A stretch of DNA of 64,000 bases, from contig OZ242383.1 of NCBI GenBank assembly GCA_965209155.1, positions 3,936,001-4,000,000 on the forward strand, given 5' to 3'. The notes below the pieces were generated by a model. That model was given only the letters and a program-made list of their open reading frames with translations, made no database searches and was not told the origin of the DNA. Below are positions 59,255-64,000 of the stretch, piece after piece. Origin of the DNA: a bacterium (GTDB taxonomy: Bacteria > SAR324 > NAC60-12). How positions within the stretch are numbered: the stretch's first letter is position 1; each line of letters begins with the position of its first letter. Made by a program: the position numbers and the translations under genes.

Positions 59255-60007
59255 TTACCAGGCGGTGTATCCCCCGTCGATGACCAGTTCGCTTCCGGTC
59301 ATGAAGCATGATTCGTCCGAGGCCAGGAAAAGAACACCGAAAGCCACATTCTCGGGCTCACCGTAGTGTCCCAAAGGGATGCGGGACAGCAACAATTGAT
59401 GCATTTCCGGGTCGCCGATTCCGGGCTCGAGCATCGGCGTGAGAACGGGTCCCGGGTGCACCGAGTTGGCCCGGATGCCCTCTCCGGCGTATTGAATAGC
59501 AGTTGCCTTAGTGAACAGCCTCACCGCGCCCTTAGACGCCTGGTACTGAGGACTGGCGGTGTCGGTGCCCACCAAACCTACCTGGGACGATGTGTTGATG
59601 ATGGAGCCACCCCCGAACCGACGCATCTCCGGTATAGCAGCCTTGGTTCCCAGGAACATTCCTTTGGCATTGACCTCCATTACCCGGTCCCATGCTTCCA
59701 CCGTGGTGTCTTCTACTGTTCCCATGCCGCCGATTCCGGCGTTGTTTACCAGCACGTCCAGCTTCCCGAAGCGGGCGACGGTGGACGCCACGGCTTGCTG
59801 CCACTCAGCCTCGCTGGTGACGTCCAACCTGAGGAAGAGGCACTCGCCGCCAGTTTCATTAATTTCGGTCTCGGTCTGACGCCCTTCTTCTTCCAGCACG
59901 TCTCCGATGACCACTTTGGCCCCTTCCCGGGCGAACAGCTTGGCCATCGCCGCGCCGATGCCCCTGGCACCCCCGCTGATAAAAGCGACCTTGTCTTTCA
60001 GCCTCAT
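59255..60007 (-). CDS. Short-chain dehydrogenase/reductase
   Basis: GGARGIG, NNAG, YxxxK (YQASK), DGG. Confidence 0.96.
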   Translation of the reverse strand: MRLKDKVAFISGGARGIGAAMAKLFAREGAKVVIGDVLEEEGRQTETEINETGGECLFLRLDVTSEAEWQQAVASTVARFGKLDVLVNNAGIGGMGTVEDTTVEAWDRVMEVNAKGMFLGTKAAIPEMRRFGGGSIINTSSQVGLVGTDTASPQYQASKGAVRLFTKATAIQYAGEGIRANSVHPGPVLTPMLEPGIGDPEMHQLLLSRIPLGHYGEPENVAFGVLFLASDESCFMTGSELVIDGGYTAW

Positions 60008-61050
60008 AGTTTCCCTTCATCGTTGATCTTGGGAAGCAAGGCCACGGAACGGACTTCGCCAAATTCCCTTTGCAGCTTTTGCCACGAATCACCCCCGTCT
60101 TCGCTCACATACACATAGCCGAGGATGCTGGCCGCGACGATTACGTTGGGCCGCTCCTTGTGAGTGGCTATTCCATAGATATTGGAGTTGGGCGCTACTG
60201 GCAGAGGCACCGGTTCCCAGCTTTTGCCACCATCCTGAGTGCGCTGCACGGCACCGGTTGTACCCGGAATAAAATCGCCGTTGCCGACGAACATGACATC
60301 GGGGTTATCCGCTTTGATGACCATGCCCCGGCAGTAGGACCCGGAGTCTGCTTCATGGAATTTGGGGAAATAGTGATAATCCCAGCTTTCGCCTTCGTCG
60401 TGGCTGGTGGCGATCCCAAAGGGAGAAGTACAGTAGAATGCGGAACGGGCGCCAGTCTTCAGAGCCAAACTGTGAATGTCGCCGTAGAAGGGATTAGGCC
60501 CCAGATCGGGCAGGTGGACCCAGTTGTCGCCTCCATCCAGGCTCTTGTAAATCCCGTCAACCTCCATGCCGGCCCAGATGGTGCGGTTGTCCCTGGGATC
60601 TACGATCATGCAGGTGGTCCGCGGCGGTGAGGGAGGTTCAGTGACGGGGCAATTCATGTTGACTCCCATATGAAGCTTGCTCCAAGACCTCCCCCCATCC
60701 CTGGAGCGGAATCCCTCGGGCCGCGTGCCCACGAATAGGGTGTCCGGGTCCGTGGGGTCCACAGTCATTGACCAGACCTCGAGGTTCGATGTGGGGGCAT
60801 CCAGGTTTTCCCAGGTCGCGCCGCCGTCTTCGCTACGGAAAACGCCCCCGTCGGAACCGGCCAATACACCCCGGGGGTTGTCCGGATACACGCACAACGC
60901 CCTGACGTTGCCCTCCGTCGGTAGTGTGTTTTTCAGCTTGGGTGTGTGGTAGATTTCAGGGCGAATGTTGGTCCAGGAGTCACCTCCGTCGGCACTCACG
61001 TTCAGCCCTTGGCCAAGGGTGCCAATGAGGAGTGTGTAATCTATTGCCAT
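60004..61050 (-). CDS. BNR/Asp-box repeat beta-propeller protein
   Basis: Multiple S.DGG..W Asp-boxes. Confidence 0.88.
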   Translation of the reverse strand: MAIDYTLLIGTLGQGLNVSADGGDSWTNIRPEIYHTPKLKNTLPTEGNVRALCVYPDNPRGVLAGSDGGVFRSEDGGATWENLDAPTSNLEVWSMTVDPTDPDTLFVGTRPEGFRSRDGGRSWSKLHMGVNMNCPVTEPPSPPRTTCMIVDPRDNRTIWAGMEVDGIYKSLDGGDNWVHLPDLGPNPFYGDIHSLALKTGARSAFYCTSPFGIATSHDEGESWDYHYFPKFHEADSGSYCRGMVIKADNPDVMFVGNGDFIPGTTGAVQRTQDGGKSWEPVPLPVAPNSNIYGIATHKERPNVIVAASILGYVYVSEDGGDSWQKLQREFGEVRSVALLPKINDEGKL

Positions 61051-61148
61051 CTCGCGTCTCCTTATTTGCTAAAAACCAGCAAATCCTTCCCATTGTGTTT
61101 GCGAAGGATCCCGAGCCTGATAGCCCGGGATCAGTATTGCGTCCAGGA

Positions 61149-62534
61149 CTACTTGTTCTTGTCCCAGACCTCTTGGACACGTCGTAACACGACGGCGGCA
61201 TCCTCGCCATTGACATAGTCCACCATGGCCTTGTTCAAGGCCCCACCGCCAACGGGTGCGGGCATAGTCTCGCCTACGTTGTACCGCCATGGATCCGCCT
61301 CGCCCATCAATTTATTCATAGCGGACATCGCCTTGTCTCTGTAAACCGCATTGTTGGCGTGCTTGTGCGCCGTCAGGAAGCCACCCTGAGCCATCCACAA
61401 CTCACTTGCAATCGGTGTCAGTAGCCACCTGATAAACCCTCTTGCTACTGGGCTGTCTTTGGTGATGGTAAAAAAGTGACCTCCGCCACCAATTGGCTTC
61501 TTGGGAAGATCCGGCCTGTTCGCCCGGGTCGGCATGTAGAAGAAGTCCCAGTCGCCGTATTCTTTATCTTTTGGGAAACAACACCCCGGCAAATACGATC
61601 CAATTGTGGCAGTCATGTAGCATTTCGGCGGGCTGGTGAAGATACCATTCCTGGCTGTGATCCAACTGGCGGTGCCCAAACTAGCAAAGTCTGCTACATT
61701 TTTTTCATTGGCAACCATTTCGCCATATCCCTCGAGTGCGGCAACGATTCGGGGGTCATCGACTGGGATTTCGTTTTTGTCATACATGTCGTACACTTCA
61801 ATAGGCTCTGTGCGCAGCAAATATTCTGCCATGAATGTTTGTGCCGTAAAACCCGTCGAACCCTCAGCAAACAGACCATCGCACCACGGTTTTTCGCCGT
61901 CGGCAACGATCCGAGCAATCAGCGCCTCCAATTCTTCCATGGTCTTCGGGATTTTGTAGCCCGCGTCCTCCCAGTTTTCGGGGACGTAATAGATTAAAGA
62001 ATTAATGTAGGTTTGGAAAACGACGCCGTAAAAATGATCTTTCCCGTCCGGGCCTTTCGCGGTGCCGTATTTAATCCAGCTATCGCCAGCGGCGTAGTTA
62101 TTGCGGATATAATCGGCTATATCATCATCGAGCGGGTTCAGGAAACCGCGCTTGGCCATGCCCGCGAGAAAACCTACCAGCGAGAATGCGGTGACATTCG
62201 CTGGTGATCCTGCTTCGAGGTTAGTCGTCACTTCTTGCTTGAAGTTCTGTGTACCGTTGTGGCGGACGTCGGCACCGGTCGCTTCTGCGAAATATTTCAT
62301 CGTCTCATAAATATTATCCCCAATTTCACCCGCAAATCTTGTGGTGACTGTGAGTTGCTGACCAGAATAGTCGTGCTCCATCGCGAAGTCGTGGTAGGTG
62401 TTCCAGCTGAATTCGCCTTCGCCAATCGGGAATTTGAGGTGGCCATCCGCATGCGCAACTCCCGTCAGGGCGAAGATAGCGACCATCAAAGTCCCTATAA
62501 ACCCGAATCTTTTTTTCATATTTATCTTTTTCAT
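61149..62534 (-). CDS. Carbohydrate ABC substrate-binding protein (AglE-like)
   Basis: Signal peptide ending AHA; LKF.IGEG.F.W, SL.YYVPENWEDAGY, PWC, QGGFLT.H; start ambiguous because of a 45-bp duplication. Confidence 0.88.
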   Translation of the reverse strand: MKKINMKKRFGFIGTLMVAIFALTGVAHADGHLKFPIGEGEFSWNTYHDFAMEHDYSGQQLTVTTRFAGEIGDNIYETMKYFAEATGADVRHNGTQNFKQEVTTNLEAGSPANVTAFSLVGFLAGMAKRGFLNPLDDDIADYIRNNYAAGDSWIKYGTAKGPDGKDHFYGVVFQTYINSLIYYVPENWEDAGYKIPKTMEELEALIARIVADGEKPWCDGLFAEGSTGFTAQTFMAEYLLRTEPIEVYDMYDKNEIPVDDPRIVAALEGYGEMVANEKNVADFASLGTASWITARNGIFTSPPKCYMTATIGSYLPGCCFPKDKEYGDWDFFYMPTRANRPDLPKKPIGGGGHFFTITKDSPVARGFIRWLLTPIASELWMAQGGFLTAHKHANNAVYRDKAMSAMNKLMGEADPWRYNVGETMPAPVGGGALNKAMVDYVNGEDAAVVLRRVQEVWDKNK

Positions 62535-62609
62535 AATAATTTCTCCAAATACGATTGATTTCATATTTATCTTTTTCATAATAATTTCTCCAAATACGAT
62601 TGATTTCAT
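62514..62609. repeat. 45-bp tandem duplication of the RBS/start region of the sugar-binding protein
   Basis: TTTATCTTTTTCATAATAATTTCTCCAAATACGATTGATTTCAT(A/T) at 62521 and 62566. Confidence 0.95.
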
Positions 62610-63032
62610 TATTATCTTCCAAATCTAGTTTTTTGAGATTGAAGGAATAAACATACATTCTCTGCTAACATGATTTCCCCATAGGCTTCTCCTGATAAGG
62701 CAGTGAATGAAAAATTTCCCCCATCCGCTGCTTCGGAAGGGGATGGATGGACAATCAGCTTAGGGATACAGCATTCCAGAAACTTTATGTTCATCTTCAA
62801 GCAGTGTGCCAAATCTGAGGATATTCAGTTAACTTACTGTAATTATTATCTATTTTTGGAAAGAGGAGGATTGGGTATGCGAAACAGGAGTCTAAACATT
62901 TTGACTTAACTAGATCGGAAATCATGGTTAACTCATTGATATTCAATATTTATTCACAAAAATCTAAACCTTTATACTTAAGTCTAAGGTTTTTGACACT
63001 TTTTAACTTTATTATTTATGGACACATTGCGC

Positions 63033-63066
63033 TTGACAAAAAATGTAAATAAATCTACATTTTTGT
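63033..63066 (+). promoter_or_regulatory. Promoter/operator of the GNAT TA pair
   Basis: TTGACA-17-TACATT with IR AAAAATGTA/TACATTTTT. Confidence 0.65.
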
Positions 63067-63090
63067 AGAAACCTCACAACAGGAGATGCT

Positions 63091-63357
63091 ATGTCCAATC
63101 CCCAAATTTCAGCCCATATTTCAGAAGAAACCAAAAAAAGGGTAGAAGCCTACGTCAATGCCTACGGAGTCAAGAAAGGGTTTTTTATAGAGAGTGCCCT
63201 TCTTCATCATTTACAAGCCCTTCAGGAAATTCCAGAAGATTTGATCGTTTCTCCGAAAATCGTGGTCTCTAAAGCGTCTGGAGAAAAGCTGCTACAAACT
63301 CTGAAAACCTCTCCTCCTCCAACCAGCGCGATGAAAGAACTTTTCCGAGATGATTAA
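63091..63357 (+). CDS. Putative RHH antitoxin
   Basis: QISAHISEETK...GVKK..FIE.AL; AGGAG RBS; overlaps the GNAT gene. Confidence 0.72.
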   Translation: MSNPQISAHISEETKKRVEAYVNAYGVKKGFFIESALLHHLQALQEIPEDLIVSPKIVVSKASGEKLLQTLKTSPPPTSAMKELFRDD

Positions 63358-63883
63358 AATCCGTACCTTACAGCCCACCGATGAACGAAAAACCTTCCAT
63401 TCCGGCAATATGGATCTTGATCGTTTCTTTATTCGTTATGCCGGACAGAATCAATTCAGGCATCATCTCGGCACGACTTATGTCGCTGTTGACAACGAGA
63501 CCATTCAAGGTTTTGCAACAGTGGCTGCCGCTCATATTGAAGTAGCGGATCTTCCAAAAGCCATCCGGTCCCGTTTTCCCCAATACCCCCTTCCTGTTTT
63601 ACGGCTGGTCCGTTTAGCAGTAGATCAATCGTTTCAGGGTCTGGGCATTGGACGCGCGTTGCTGAAATACATCTTTTATTTAGCTTGGGAAATGAGTGCG
63701 AACTTTGGTTGTGTGGGTGTGGTTGTCGATGCAAAACCAGATGCCATTGCATTTTACTCACGATATGGCTTTGAAAAGTTGGAGGTGATCCAGGGGAAAC
63801 TCGGGGATCGCCCGGAACCCACCCCTATGTTTCTCGCCCTTCGATCTATCCCTAAGCCAGAAGTACAACCCGTTTCTGGATGA
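63350..63883 (+). CDS. GNAT acetyltransferase toxin (TacT/AtaT-like)
   Basis: F.SG...LD.F, RLAVD..FQG.GIG..LL, VVDAK..A..FY..YGF. Confidence 0.88.
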   Translation: MIKIRTLQPTDERKTFHSGNMDLDRFFIRYAGQNQFRHHLGTTYVAVDNETIQGFATVAAAHIEVADLPKAIRSRFPQYPLPVLRLVRLAVDQSFQGLGIGRALLKYIFYLAWEMSANFGCVGVVVDAKPDAIAFYSRYGFEKLEVIQGKLGDRPEPTPMFLALRSIPKPEVQPVSG

Positions 63884-63890
63884 GTTCCAT

Positions 63891-64000
63891 TCAGGTGCTG
63901 GTCCGAATTCCGTACTTTTTCATTTTGTTGAAGAGGGTGGCTCGGGAGATTCCCAGGGCGGCAGCGGTTTTTACCTTGTGGCCCTGGGAATTTTTCAGGG
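63891..64000 (-). CDS. C-terminal Fis-type HTH, probably of a sigma54-dependent regulator (partial)
   Basis: LKNSQGHKVKTAAALGISRATLFNKMKKYGI then stop. Confidence 0.8.
   Translation of the reverse strand, partial: LKNSQGHKVKTAAALGISRATLFNKMKKYGIRTST

Overview
Bacterial genomic window with two compartments. An AT-rich housekeeping backbone carries menD/menF-like/menB/menC, yhbY, metG, hemN, a 3'-5' exonuclease, zapA with 6S RNA, pepN, Hsp20, tRNA-Pro(CGG), a PPTase and bioB. The host may be a deltaproteobacterial/SAR324-like organism; this is inference only. Interleaved with the backbone are visibly GC-richer transporter blocks. There are five paralogous Dpp/Opp-type ABC units (dppA-dppB-dppC, one a relic, none with ATPase genes in view) and one mosaic aglEFGK-like sugar ABC operon. 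Three dppA genes share a near-identical upstream module (promoter, putative structured 5' leader, first ~34 codons) while their mature domains are highly divergent. Mobile DNA includes an IS21-type element with a target duplication but no istA, carrying four iteron-like repeats. There are also three ~562-bp elements in which a four-helix-bundle gene sits between IS200/IS605-like hairpin ends, an integron-type attC cassette carrying a RelE/HTH pair, IS1380 remnants and several MITE/REP-like palindromes. Six type II toxin-antitoxin-like loci and several short gene fragments fill the spaces between transporter blocks. All family calls come from motif recognition by eye; no database searches were run.
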